Shown in pieces: positions 1 through 9,286 of a DNA stretch of 64,000 bases (within the stretch, counting starts at the first letter, position 1; each line of letters opens with the position of its first letter). Under the pieces are notes generated by a model. That model did no database searches. It was not told the origin of the DNA and saw only the letters and a program-made list of their open reading frames with translations. Both the position numbers and the translations under genes were made by a program. The DNA comes from a virus. The stretch is from the IMG/VR virus record IMGVR_UViG_3300032829_000004, positions 33,803-97,802 of that record, one strand, 5' to 3'.

Positions 1-271
1 CCGGGGCGGCACCATCCTGCAGATGATCGGCGCCGGGCCGGAACTGCTGCCCGCCGCGGTGGAGCGGAACCCGGCCAAGGTCGGCAAGGTCATGGCCGCG
101 ACGGGAATACCGGTCATCTCCGAAGAGGAGATGCGGGCCGGCCCGCCCGAGTACCTGCTTGTCAGCCCTTGGTTCTTCCGCGACGTTTTCACTGCCCGCG
201 AAGCGGAGTACCTGAAAGGGGGCGGCAGGATGGTGTTCCCGCTGCCGCGTTTCGAGGTCGTCGGCGGATGA
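1..271 (+). CDS. NDP-sugar C-methyltransferase, C-terminal part (5' truncated by window)
   Basis: ERNPAKVGK...GIPVISEEE...PEYLLVSPWFF...GGRMVFPLP, typical C-terminal domain of this family. Confidence 0.75.
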   Translation, partial: RGGTILQMIGAGPELLPAAVERNPAKVGKVMAATGIPVISEEEMRAGPPEYLLVSPWFFRDVFTAREAEYLKGGGRMVFPLPRFEVVGG

Positions 272-966
272 TCTCGGTCCTGTGCCCGTCACGGGGACGC
301 CCGGAATCCCTCAGCGGCTCGATCGGTTCCCTGCTCAGCCTTGCCTCTGACATGACCGGGGTTGAGATCCTGGTCGCCGCCGACCCGGACGACCATGCCA
401 CCGCGGGCGCGGTGCCCGCGGTTGCCGCCTGCTGGACCGCCCCGGAACGTTACGGGTACGCGCAGCTCCACCGCTACTACAACCACCTGGCAGCGCTTGC
501 CCGGGGCGAGTGGCTGCTGCTGTGGAACGACGACGCCCGGATGCTCACCAGGGACTGGGACAAGGTCATCGAGGGCCAGGAGCCGGGCGTCCTGTGGCCA
601 GGGTCCAACCAGGGCCCGTACTTCTTCCCCGCGTGGCCGAAGGCGTGGTCGGACGCGTGGGGCCACGTGTCGCTGTCCCCGAACGTGGACGTGTGGCTGT
701 CCGAGGTCGGCTCCCGGCTAGGCCTCGCCCGTCCGGTCCCGGTCGAGATCGTGCACGACCGGAAGGACATCACCGGCGGCCATGACGACCTGACGTACGC
801 TGAAGGGCGCGCGGTCATGGGCGCCTACTCCAACCATCCCGACTACGATTCGGCGGCCAACCGGGAAGCCAGGATCAGGGACGCTATCGCGGTGCGGCGC
901 CTCCTGGAGGGGGTGTCCTCAGCCTCAGCTACAGCGCCTCGAACCGTTCCAGCCGTACCGGGGTAG
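268..966 (+). CDS. Glycosyltransferase family 2 (GT-A fold)
   Basis: MISVLCPSRGRP, ADPDD, YYNHLA..ARGEWLLLWNDD; ATGA overlap with upstream gene. Confidence 0.8.
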   Translation: MISVLCPSRGRPESLSGSIGSLLSLASDMTGVEILVAADPDDHATAGAVPAVAACWTAPERYGYAQLHRYYNHLAALARGEWLLLWNDDARMLTRDWDKVIEGQEPGVLWPGSNQGPYFFPAWPKAWSDAWGHVSLSPNVDVWLSEVGSRLGLARPVPVEIVHDRKDITGGHDDLTYAEGRAVMGAYSNHPDYDSAANREARIRDAIAVRRLLEGVSSASATAPRTVPAVPG

Positions 967-1243
967 AGCACTTCCCGCACAGGAGCGGCTCCATCGCATG
1001 CCAGGTCCGCCAGAACGGATGGCTGGCGAACGTGATCGCCTGCCTGTGCATGTTGCACACCGGCCACGGCTCGGCGGACCCGCAGGTGCCAGTGTTCTCC
1101 TCGTGGTCGAACAAGGCGAGCCACTTCGCCGTATCCGCGCACGGCGGGTCGGCCATCGAGAAGAAGCACGGAACATGGCCCTCGAACATGGCCAGGGCCG
1201 CTGTGCGGGATTCGACGGTGCTGCCGGCCGCGGCGGAAGTCAT
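929..1243 (-). CDS. Hypothetical Cys/His-rich (zinc-binding) protein
   Basis: CxxH and CxxC motifs; TAGATT 6 nt upstream of ATG (leaderless). Confidence 0.55.
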   Translation of the reverse strand: MTSAAAGSTVESRTAALAMFEGHVPCFFSMADPPCADTAKWLALFDHEENTGTCGSAEPWPVCNMHRQAITFASHPFWRTWHAMEPLLCGKCSTPVRLERFEAL

Positions 1244-1421
1244 GACCGGAATCTACCGGCCGCCGCCAGTCCTGGCGTCCCGGGACCGGGGAGGCCCGCA
1301 GCGGGGACCTCTTGCGGTCTTTGCCCCGCCATGCCGCCGTGAAGCCGGACCGCGTCAGCGGCGGGGCGGGCCTCTCCTTTCTTCTCCCGTCACTTCCGGT
1401 CCCCGCCGGCCAGTCCGTGAT

Positions 1422-1814
1422 CTAGCCGGCAGCCGGGGAGCAGTACGAGCGGAGTGCCGCGGCATCAGCCGTCCACTGGCCCACCGCCGCAGTCATCCCG
1501 GTGCCCGTGGCGAATGCGAACCCGATGTTGAGCGCGTCGGCCGCGAGACTGTCGGCGAGCATTCCGGCGGTCGTTCCTTTCCGGCCGCCGAGCGCGACCG
1601 AGTCATCAGCGGTCTGCGTTTCCGTCGCGGGGGCTTCCGCGGGGAGCGCGGCCAGCGCGGAAGCACAGCCGGGCGGCATCGCCGCTGCCGTGGCTTTCGC
1701 CGTGACGGCGGCTTTCGCCGTGACGGTGACTGCCGACACCGGCGTGCCGGGCGAGCAGGCGGCAAGCAGGACGGTGAGCGTGAGCAGGGGGACAGCACGG
1801 CGTGCACCCATCAT
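1422..1814 (-). CDS. Putative lipoprotein
   Basis: Signal peptide with LAAC lipobox; GGAAGG SD. Confidence 0.65.
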   Translation of the reverse strand: MMGARRAVPLLTLTVLLAACSPGTPVSAVTVTAKAAVTAKATAAAMPPGCASALAALPAEAPATETQTADDSVALGGRKGTTAGMLADSLAADALNIGFAFATGTGMTAAVGQWTADAAALRSYCSPAAG

Positions 1815-1966
1815 GAGGGCAGCGTCCTTCCTAGGGGTGACCTGGGTTGCCGGCGGCTGCGGCCTGCGCGCGGCGTGTGACAAGGCGTGACGCTACCAGT
1901 TGACCGGGGCGGACACAGGAAGCCGCGCTTCCCCTTCACTCATCCGAATACAGCCCGGAGGCAGCC

Positions 1967-2326
1967 TTGGCCGACACTGACCCAGCCGTCTCGTATGCCG
2001 TCCGGGACCTGATAGCGGAGCTCCGCAACGACCTGCGGGGCGACATCGCCGCACTGCGCGCCGAGATCGCAGCCCAGCGGCAGCACCTGGAAGACAGGTT
2101 CGACCGGATAGACGCCAAGCTCGACGGGAAAGCCGACCGGGCAGCGGTCGACGCCCTGGCCGTGCGGGTCACGACGCTCGAAGAAGACAGGCGGGTCCGC
2201 GAGGAACGGGACCGTGTTGAACGCGAGCACCATCAGGCCGGGGTCGACTGGCACCGGTGGATCTGGCCCACCCTCGCGGCCATCGCGGTCGTCATCGTCG
2301 GGATTCTCCAGATAGTGCTGAAATAG
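1967..2326 (+). CDS. Coiled-coil protein with C-terminal TM helix (lysis-cassette membrane protein)
   Basis: GGAGG SD with TTG start; heptad region then WIWPTLAAIAVVIVGILQIV. Confidence 0.7.
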   Translation: MADTDPAVSYAVRDLIAELRNDLRGDIAALRAEIAAQRQHLEDRFDRIDAKLDGKADRAAVDALAVRVTTLEEDRRVREERDRVEREHHQAGVDWHRWIWPTLAAIAVVIVGILQIVLK

Positions 2327-2329
2327 GGG

Positions 2330-3511
2330 GTGCCGGTGACCGTTCCCGCGCACGTGCAAGCGGAGTCGCATCACTACGTGATGCACTTCCCGCCCCACCC
2401 GGCCAGGGCCGACGACCCGCATTACGCCGACTTCGACCACTACCACCGCAAGACGCGGGCGACCGCACGGTGTTACATCGGTGAGCGGATCGGGTTCGGC
2501 GACTGCAAAGACGCGCAGTGCAAGCCGTGCCCGCCTCCTGAAGACGGCGGCGAGCAGCCGGGGCTCGAGCTGCACCATGCCCACGTCGAGTTCAGCCTCC
2601 AGAACGGCGTCGACCTTGCCGCACTCGAGAAGGACTACCCCGGCATCTCCGACCCGTCTCAGGTCGGGGCATGGGTCGAGTCGGAGGCGAACTTCCGGTG
2701 GCTCTGCGTCGCCGAGGGATCGCCCGTGCTGATGGCGGACGGCACGACGCGCCCGATCGAGTATGTGCTACCCGGCGAGCAGGTCATCGGCAGAGACGGA
2801 CTGCCTCACCTTGTCGAAGTAACCAGCCGGAAGAGGTATCGCGGCGAGCTCGTATCGTTCGGCTGCGCGTCGTTCACGCCTGAGCACCGCATTCTTAGTC
2901 ATCGAGGCTGGCTCTCTGCGGCCCATGTTTTCCGCCAGGTCTGGATGCATGGCCCGGACGTGATCGCGCTGCGATGCGAACAGAACCAGATTCGCTCTGG
3001 CGTTGTCGGCGCGGTTCCCGTTGAGGTGGTGAACGCGCTCTCGCGGCAGCAGCGGGCGCCCTATCCAGTCTTCCATGACCACGACGTGCTCCATGCGATG
3101 CCGGCTGCCGTCCCAGATGCGGATGTAGCCCTTCGCGGTGACCCAGGCCGTCCGGTTGCCGACGTTCCACTTCGGGAGCTTGTTCAGCTCCGTGAGGCGG
3201 CACTCGTTGGTGCAGTAGCGCCCGACGTTCGGGCGGGAGCGCCAGTGCGCCGGTCGGTGGAAGGTCTTCCCGCAGGAGGCGCAAGCCCAGAGATGGGATG
3301 GGTCACAGCGATGCCCAGCCGGACGGCCGCTTTTACCGGATGGGTTCACGACCTAAGTGTAGCGCATAGCCACTCTTTTGTTGTGGGCGGCATCGCGGCT
3401 CATAACTGTGCCTGGCATCACAGGGGGGCGGCCGGGGCGCATACGGCGTCGCATTCCGATTGGGAGGCGAGCCAGTACGTGCAGGGTCTGATTTCGCAGG
3501 CGGCGAAGTGA
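2330..3511 (+). CDS. HNH-like His/Cys-rich protein interrupted by an intein
   Basis: Extein LELHH...NFRWL|CAWHHRG; 125 aa + 234 aa intein + 34 aa. Confidence 0.8.
   Translation: MPVTVPAHVQAESHHYVMHFPPHPARADDPHYADFDHYHRKTRATARCYIGERIGFGDCKDAQCKPCPPPEDGGEQPGLELHHAHVEFSLQNGVDLAALEKDYPGISDPSQVGAWVESEANFRWLCVAEGSPVLMADGTTRPIEYVLPGEQVIGRDGLPHLVEVTSRKRYRGELVSFGCASFTPEHRILSHRGWLSAAHVFRQVWMHGPDVIALRCEQNQIRSGVVGAVPVEVVNALSRQQRAPYPVFHDHDVLHAMPAAVPDADVALRGDPGRPVADVPLRELVQLREAALVGAVAPDVRAGAPVRRSVEGLPAGGASPEMGWVTAMPSRTAAFTGWVHDLSVAHSHSFVVGGIAAHNCAWHHRGAAGAHTASHSDWEASQYVQGLISQAAK
2705..3406 (+). mobile_element. Intein (234 aa)
   Basis: Block A CVAEGSPVLMADG, block B TPEHRIL, block F VHDLSV..HSF, block G GIAAHN followed by Cys+1. 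Confidence 0.9.
2768..3349 (-). CDS. HNH homing endonuclease with N-terminal zinc finger, antisense within the intein
   Basis: CASCGKTF...YCTNEC; GYIRI...EHVVVME..IGRPL...ERVHHLNGNRADNARANLVLF...H. Confidence 0.85.
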   Translation of the reverse strand: MNPSGKSGRPAGHRCDPSHLWACASCGKTFHRPAHWRSRPNVGRYCTNECRLTELNKLPKWNVGNRTAWVTAKGYIRIWDGSRHRMEHVVVMEDWIGRPLLPRERVHHLNGNRADNARANLVLFASQRDHVRAMHPDLAENMGRREPASMTKNAVLRRERRAAERYELAAIPLPAGYFDKVRQSVSADDLLAG

Positions 3512-4266
3512 CCGGCATCCCCGTCCAGGGCCTGTCGCCGGCAAAGGCTGGAACGGGCGTGACCAGGTCGATTGTCGTTCACCAGGTCCGCGTCGCGGAT
3601 GAGGGCCGCTGGCAGTGGCGGGGTTCCCGCCTGACCTGGCAGCCTCCGCACCGGTACGGGTTCGAGGCGGAGTTCGACCCGTTCCCCGCCTACCCCCACG
3701 ATCCTGACGCGGCCCGCAAGGCGGCCGATCATGTCGCCGCGTGCTGCCCTCCGCTGTGGGACGTGAACCTGTACCTCGCCGACCGCGAGGAGACGTCCCG
3801 GTCCAACGGCCACTCCAACGTCCACGAAGGCGGCCGGTACGAAGGCTCCGAATGGGTGCAGGACGAGCCGTCCGGGATGATCCTGCTGTCCGCCAAACGG
3901 ATACCGCCGCACCCTGCGATGACCCGCCACCTGGTGGCCCACGAGTACGGGCACAACGTCGAGTACATGCTGAACTCGCTGCGCGGCGGCAGGCACGTGG
4001 CATCATGCGACGACCTCGAACGCGAGTACGCGGAAATGCGCGGCCTCCCGCCGTCGTCGGTCCACCACGGGGAAGGCGCGACCTGGCACGACTCCGCCTG
4101 CGAGATCATGGCGTGCGACTTCCGGATCGTCGTCTGCGGCACCGAGGCGGAGTTCTGGCCCCACCCCGGCATCCCACGGCCGGAAGAAGTACCCGCCGTA
4201 CGGCAGTGGTGGGTCGGCGCGACGGGACAGCTGGCGGATGGCCTGGCCGCGAAGCAGGCGGCATGA
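3508..4266 (+). CDS. Putative zinc metalloprotein (HExxH)
   Basis: LVAHEYGH plus downstream EIMA; GTGA overlap. Confidence 0.65.
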   Translation: MTGIPVQGLSPAKAGTGVTRSIVVHQVRVADEGRWQWRGSRLTWQPPHRYGFEAEFDPFPAYPHDPDAARKAADHVAACCPPLWDVNLYLADREETSRSNGHSNVHEGGRYEGSEWVQDEPSGMILLSAKRIPPHPAMTRHLVAHEYGHNVEYMLNSLRGGRHVASCDDLEREYAEMRGLPPSSVHHGEGATWHDSACEIMACDFRIVVCGTEAEFWPHPGIPRPEEVPAVRQWWVGATGQLADGLAAKQAA

Positions 4267-4339
4267 CCTCCAAGGCCCGTGCTGGGGCGCTGGTCTTCCC
4301 GGGCGGCGGGGACGGGACTCCCGAATGGCAGGCGGCTTC

Positions 4340-4708
4340 ATGAGGCAGCACGATGCGGTCACCCATCCCCGGGACCTGATCGCCACGGAGAAGCGCGCGG
4401 TCGCCAGGTTCAACGACTGGGCGGCCACTCATCTCGCCGCGTTCTTCGGCCTGGTGTGGACGGTGTGGTTCTTCGCCGCCTGGCCGCTGGCGTCGCTGCT
4501 GCTGCCGAAGGGCCTCCAGTCGGTGGCGTTCTTCATCTCCTCCGGCTGGATCCAGCTATGGGCGCTGCCGCTGCTGAACTACGTCTCCAACCGGACCCAG
4601 GAGATGCAGGGCGCGCAGTCCGACGCGCAGCACCTCGCGCTGACTCACATCGCGAACACGGTTGACGACATCAAGGCCGCTCTCGCGGCAGGGAAGGACC
4701 CGGCATGA
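4340..4708 (+). CDS. Two-TM membrane protein, holin candidate (DUF1003-like)
   Basis: RFNDWAA...FFGLVWTVWFF...WIQLWALPLL; directly upstream of the endolysin. Confidence 0.65.
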   Translation: MRQHDAVTHPRDLIATEKRAVARFNDWAATHLAAFFGLVWTVWFFAAWPLASLLLPKGLQSVAFFISSGWIQLWALPLLNYVSNRTQEMQGAQSDAQHLALTHIANTVDDIKAALAAGKDPA

Positions 4709-5622
4709 CGGCCAGCGCGCAGGGCGCGGACACTTCGGCCTACCAGCAGCCGCTCACCGCCGCCGTGCTGAAGGCAGCGGGCTTGTCGTTTGCGTTCGCG
4801 AAGGCCGCCAACGGGACGGCGGGGGAAGACCCGGATTTCGCCGTGTCCTGGCAGGCGATCGCCGAGGCAGGCCTGCACCGCGGTGCCTACCATGAGCTGA
4901 CCGGGGAGGACCCGCTGCTCCAGGCGGGCACTTTCATGGCCGTCGTCGCCGGCCGGGGGCTGAAGGCGGGGGACATGCTCGCCGTCGTCGCCTCCGACTA
5001 TGCCGTGGCCGGGCGGCAGGCGAAGGCGTTCCTCGACGCGGTGAAGGCGGCGGCGGGACCGGAATGCCCGGTGCTGCTCTACTCGGACCTGTCGGCGCTC
5101 CCGTCACTGGCGGAATGCTCGGGGTACCCGCTGTGGCTCGCGTATTACGCGGACTCGGCTCCCGCCTCGGTGGCCCCGTGGGACCGGTGGACGTTCTGGC
5201 AGTACCAGGCGGGCGGCGGGGCTGACGGCGGGGACCGTGACGCGTTCAACGGCACCGTGGCGGAGCTCGACGCGTGGATCGCATCGTACGCGCACCCGGA
5301 ACCTCCGGCGGACTGGACGTTCGGCCCGGTACGGGACCTGACCGTGGAGGGCGCGGGGCCGCACTCGGTGAAGCTCGCCTGGGAATCCCCGGCCGTGCCG
5401 ATGCCCGCGGCGGTCGGCCACTACCAGATCGTCGTGCGGAAGGACGCGCAGGACGTCGGAAGCTACCCGAGGGTCACGCCCACGGGGGCAAGCCCCGAAA
5501 CGTGGCAGGGCGGCAGCCTCCAGCCGGGCACCGCCTACGAGGCCCTGGTCCGCGCGGTCGCCCGGGACGGCGGCCACGCCTCCCCGTGGGCGGCGGCGGC
5601 CTTCACGACGGCAAGCGCCTAG
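4705..5622 (+). CDS. Endolysin: GH25 muramidase with C-terminal fibronectin type III domain
   Basis: GADTSAYQ, FAFAKA, RGAYH, YPLWLAYY, WTFWQY, DRDAFNG; FN3 LAW...Y...LQPGTAYEALVRA. Confidence 0.85.
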   Translation: MTASAQGADTSAYQQPLTAAVLKAAGLSFAFAKAANGTAGEDPDFAVSWQAIAEAGLHRGAYHELTGEDPLLQAGTFMAVVAGRGLKAGDMLAVVASDYAVAGRQAKAFLDAVKAAAGPECPVLLYSDLSALPSLAECSGYPLWLAYYADSAPASVAPWDRWTFWQYQAGGGADGGDRDAFNGTVAELDAWIASYAHPEPPADWTFGPVRDLTVEGAGPHSVKLAWESPAVPMPAAVGHYQIVVRKDAQDVGSYPRVTPTGASPETWQGGSLQPGTAYEALVRAVARDGGHASPWAAAAFTTASA

Positions 5623-5701
5623 CAGTCCGGCCTGAGATGCCCGCCCGCGATCACCCTGCCGCACTCTGCGGCCGGGTGCACCAGGCCAGTTCAGGAGGCG
5701 T

Positions 5702-7546
5702 GTGACCTCTTACGAGATTTCCCAGCTGTCCCAGCTGTCCGCCCTCGCGGCGGGAGACCTGGCACCAGTCGTCGACGTGTCGGACACGTCGACTCCCCCG
5801 GCAGGGCCGGGCGGCAGCGACAAGTCGGTTCCGGCGGCCCAGCTGGGAGACCAGCTTTCCTCGCTCGCGAAGGGCACCGCGTCGAACGCCGGCCTGACGA
5901 GCTTGTGGGCGGCGATAGCGAACCGCAACAGTGCGCGCTGCGAAATCATCGTGCTCGGCGACTCGATCACGGAGGGGCAGGGCGCGTCCCTGTGGGCTAA
6001 CCGGTGGGTGGTGCAGGCGCAGGCCGCGATCCGCGCCGCCTACCCGACGACGGCGAACGGGTCGGGCGGCGGGTACGGGTTCATCCCCATCCAGTCCGCC
6101 GGCTCGGACACGTTCACGTGGCCTGTCACCCAGACGGCCGGCGCGGTGACCGAGTTCGACCTGGGTCCGGTCCGCAACAGCACCGTCACCAGCGCGACGG
6201 GCTCGACCTGGACGTACACGGCCACGCCTGGGACGACGTCGGTCAAGATCATGTACTACGACGTGGGCTATTCCGGCAGCTTCACGTACAAGGTCAACTC
6301 GGGCAGCACCACGACGGTGTCCAACACGATGACCGGGAAAGAGCTGCTCACCTCCTCCATCCCGATGGTGGCCGGGGACGTCCTGACGATCGTGTTCACC
6401 GCCGGAACCGGGATCGTGCTGGACGGGCTGCTGCACTTCGCCGGCGACGAGAACTCCGGGATCACGCTGCACGGCTGCGGCCACTTCGGCTGGTGCGCCG
6501 GGACGGAAATGAGCATCGGGTGGAACCAGCCGGAGACGTACAGCCTCAACTGGGCGCAGTGCTACGCCAACGGGTTCCCGACCACCCCGGCGGCGCTGAT
6601 GATCATGCTGGGCGTCAACGACGCCCGGATCACCTCCGTCGGCTCCGGCGGCGGCCGGACCGCCGCCCAGTTCGCCAGCGACCTGCAAGGACTCGTCTCC
6701 ACGATCCGGGGAGCGGCGACGGCGCTGGCCACCCTGCCGCTCATCCTCGTCATCCCGTACCAGGCGAATGAGACGGTGCAGGACGCCGGCGGGTGGGCGG
6801 CGTACGCGGCGGCCATAAGGTCAGTCGCCGTCGCCGATGCCGTCGGGGCGATGGTGATCGACCTCAACTACCGGATGCCGACGGTCGCCAGCGACTACGA
6901 CGGCGGGATCTTGTACATCGACGACTACCACCCGACCGACCTGGGCCACCTGCTGCTCGGAAAGCTCGCCGCGGGCGCCGCAGAAGGACTGCCGCCGGAG
7001 GCGGTCACCACTCCGGCGCGGTGGTCGGCGGCCGAGCCGCTGGCGAGCGGGGAGAGCATCCTTCCCCGGTTCGCGCTGAACGGGAGCCTGGCCTATCCGG
7101 CGGGGACGCTCGCACTCGCCTCCTGGGTAGCGGCGACGTCCGGCACGGCCACCGCGGTGCGGGTGGCGACGACCGGCACCGCGGGCTCCGGCCTCACCTA
7201 CGCGGCCGTGGGCGTCTACGAGCTTGACAGCAGCGGGAACGGGCAGCTGCTCGCGTCCACGGGCGACGTGCACGCCACCGCGTTCACCAGCGCCTACACC
7301 GTCTACGACCTCACGCTGACGAGCAGTTTCGCCCGGAACGCGGGGCAGCGGTATGCGCTGGGGATGCTGTTCACGGGCACCACCCCGCCATCCGTCGCGG
7401 CGGTCGGCTATCCGAACTACGGGTTCGGTTCCGTCGCCCCGTGGGCGTGGGGCGGGATCACCGGGCAGTCAGCGCTCCCCGCCACGTTCCTGGCCTCCTC
7501 TCTGGCGTACACCGACGGGCCGCCGGCGGCGACGGTGCACCCGTGA
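5702..7546 (+). CDS. SGNH/GDSL hydrolase domain protein, probably tail-associated
   Basis: VLGDSIT, LGVND, DDYHP catalytic blocks; Thr/Ser/Gly-rich beta regions. Confidence 0.75.
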   Translation: MTSYEISQLSQLSALAAGDLAPVVDVSDTSTPPAGPGGSDKSVPAAQLGDQLSSLAKGTASNAGLTSLWAAIANRNSARCEIIVLGDSITEGQGASLWANRWVVQAQAAIRAAYPTTANGSGGGYGFIPIQSAGSDTFTWPVTQTAGAVTEFDLGPVRNSTVTSATGSTWTYTATPGTTSVKIMYYDVGYSGSFTYKVNSGSTTTVSNTMTGKELLTSSIPMVAGDVLTIVFTAGTGIVLDGLLHFAGDENSGITLHGCGHFGWCAGTEMSIGWNQPETYSLNWAQCYANGFPTTPAALMIMLGVNDARITSVGSGGGRTAAQFASDLQGLVSTIRGAATALATLPLILVIPYQANETVQDAGGWAAYAAAIRSVAVADAVGAMVIDLNYRMPTVASDYDGGILYIDDYHPTDLGHLLLGKLAAGAAEGLPPEAVTTPARWSAAEPLASGESILPRFALNGSLAYPAGTLALASWVAATSGTATAVRVATTGTAGSGLTYAAVGVYELDSSGNGQLLASTGDVHATAFTSAYTVYDLTLTSSFARNAGQRYALGMLFTGTTPPSVAAVGYPNYGFGSVAPWAWGGITGQSALPATFLASSLAYTDGPPAATVHP

Positions 7547-7664
7547 CAGCCCGTGCGGGAACTGTGCACCCCCGGCACGTCTAACTACTGCAAGTACGAA
7601 TGCACACCTGCGGCACAGGGTGCCCCGAACGCCAAGCAGCCTAGCGCGGGACGGCCGGGATCGT

Positions 7665-8093
7665 TTACGCGGACGGCACCCACTCGGGCCGGTAGTCCGG
7701 GTGGTCGGACCAGGCGGCGGCGAGGTCGCGCACGTCCAGTTCGTGCGAGTCCGCGCGCAGCGGCCAGCCAGGGTCGGCGGGACCGTACCCGGCACCTTCG
7801 TTTACCGCGCCGACAGTCACCTGATTGCGGGCGAATTCCCAGCGGGCCAGGATGCGCCGCTTGGCCGTGACCTCGCGCAGTACCCGCGCCGGGTCGTGGC
7901 GGGCGATGTGCTCCGCCTCGTTCAGGGTGGGGGTTCCCTCGTCGTAGACCAGGGGCTGGCCGGTGGCATAGGTGACGATCCATGAATCATGCTCGTCTTC
8001 GGCGGCCTTCCACGGCGACGGCGACTCGCATGCCTTCGCGGTCGCCTCGTCCTCGGCAAGCCGGGCTTCTACGAACGCGGCCAGTTCTTCCAT
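7665..8093 (-). CDS. DUF6221-like phage protein
   Basis: LAAFVEARLAEDE...HIARHDPARVLREV.AKRRIL...WSDHPDYRPEW. Confidence 0.75.
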   Translation of the reverse strand: MEELAAFVEARLAEDEATAKACESPSPWKAAEDEHDSWIVTYATGQPLVYDEGTPTLNEAEHIARHDPARVLREVTAKRRILARWEFARNQVTVGAVNEGAGYGPADPGWPLRADSHELDVRDLAAAWSDHPDYRPEWVPSA

Positions 8094-8162
8094 GCCCCTC
8101 ATTCTCCAGTCCAATGCCAGCGGTCCGGGGCTTTCCCACTGCCACGCTCGAAGGGAACCGTC

Positions 8163-9212
8163 TTGACTGACCTCGCACGCACGCCCGGCAAACGGGGCAG
8201 GCTTCCCGCGAAGCGCCTCGCGATGGGCTACCTGCACGAGTACGCGAAGACCCCTCTTCCCGTCCCCGCCTACCCGGTCGACGTCCGCGCGGGCATCCCT
8301 GACGATGCGTGGCTCATGCTGGGGAACGGCCCCGACCCGTCGTGCACGACGCACCCGGACGGCGTCGGCGACTGCGGGTTCGCGGGCCGCCAGCACTACC
8401 GGATGGCGAAAGCCGCCCACTACGGCGAGACCGAGACGTGGGAGACCAGCGACCAGCTTGTCGCCGAGTACCTCGCCTACGACGGCGGCCAGGACCAGGG
8501 TGTCGTCCTCGCCGACGTGCTGCTCGCCTGGTACAAGGCGGGAAAGATCAAGGCCTTCGCCCCCGTCGACCACGCCGACCCGGCCGCCGTCGACTCTGCG
8601 ATGCAGGCGTTCAGGGGCGTGTACGCGGGCGTCGACCTGACCTGCGATGCGGACCAGCTGTTCAGCGACGGGCAGCCCTGGACGGTCGCGGACGGCGAGC
8701 AGCCCGACCCGGCCGAGGGCCACTGCATCGTCAAGGTCTACGCGGACGGCAGAGGCCTTGACGGCTGGGTCACCTGGGGCGCGTTCCAGGAGTCCACCCG
8801 CGACTGGACGAAAGCCTGCCTCACTGAGGCATTCGTGATCATCACCAGCGAGGACGAGGCGGCCAAAGTCGACATGACCGTGCTCCTCGCAGACATCGAA
8901 GCCCTCGGAGGCACCGGGGGCTCAGTACAGCCGAAGAAGGGAAACACCGTGTTCGAGGTAATCAAGGCCAAGCTCGAGGCCATCTGGCACACCATCGACG
9001 GGGAGGCGAAGGCCGACCTCGAGAAGGCCCTCGCCGACGTCGAGGCGGAAGTCGCGAAGGCACAGCCGATCCTCGCCGAGTTCGAGACCGCGCTGAAGGC
9101 GGCCGTCGCCGCGGCCGAGCCGGAAGTCAAGGCGGAGATCGAGGCGCTCCTCGCCAAGCTCCTCGCCGACTTCGCCCCGCTGCTCGGAAAGGCACCTGCC
9201 TCCGGCATGTAG
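8163..9212 (+). CDS. Papain-like cysteine peptidase-family protein with C-terminal amphipathic helical extension
   Basis: WLMLGN...GDCGFA, DQGV, GHCI, VTWG; AAGGGA SD with TTG start. Confidence 0.6.
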   Translation: MTDLARTPGKRGRLPAKRLAMGYLHEYAKTPLPVPAYPVDVRAGIPDDAWLMLGNGPDPSCTTHPDGVGDCGFAGRQHYRMAKAAHYGETETWETSDQLVAEYLAYDGGQDQGVVLADVLLAWYKAGKIKAFAPVDHADPAAVDSAMQAFRGVYAGVDLTCDADQLFSDGQPWTVADGEQPDPAEGHCIVKVYADGRGLDGWVTWGAFQESTRDWTKACLTEAFVIITSEDEAAKVDMTVLLADIEALGGTGGSVQPKKGNTVFEVIKAKLEAIWHTIDGEAKADLEKALADVEAEVAKAQPILAEFETALKAAVAAAEPEVKAEIEALLAKLLADFAPLLGKAPASGM

Positions 9213-9247
9213 GCTCTCTCCGGGATCGCAAGTCCACGGAACCAGGG

Positions 9248-9286
9248 GCGCCCCCGTTCGGCCTTCGGGCGAGCGGGGGCGCTTTT
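9248..9286 (+). terminator. Intrinsic terminator
   Basis: GCGCCCCCGTTCG-GCC-TTCG-GGC-GAGCGGGGGCGC-TTTT. Confidence 0.7.
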
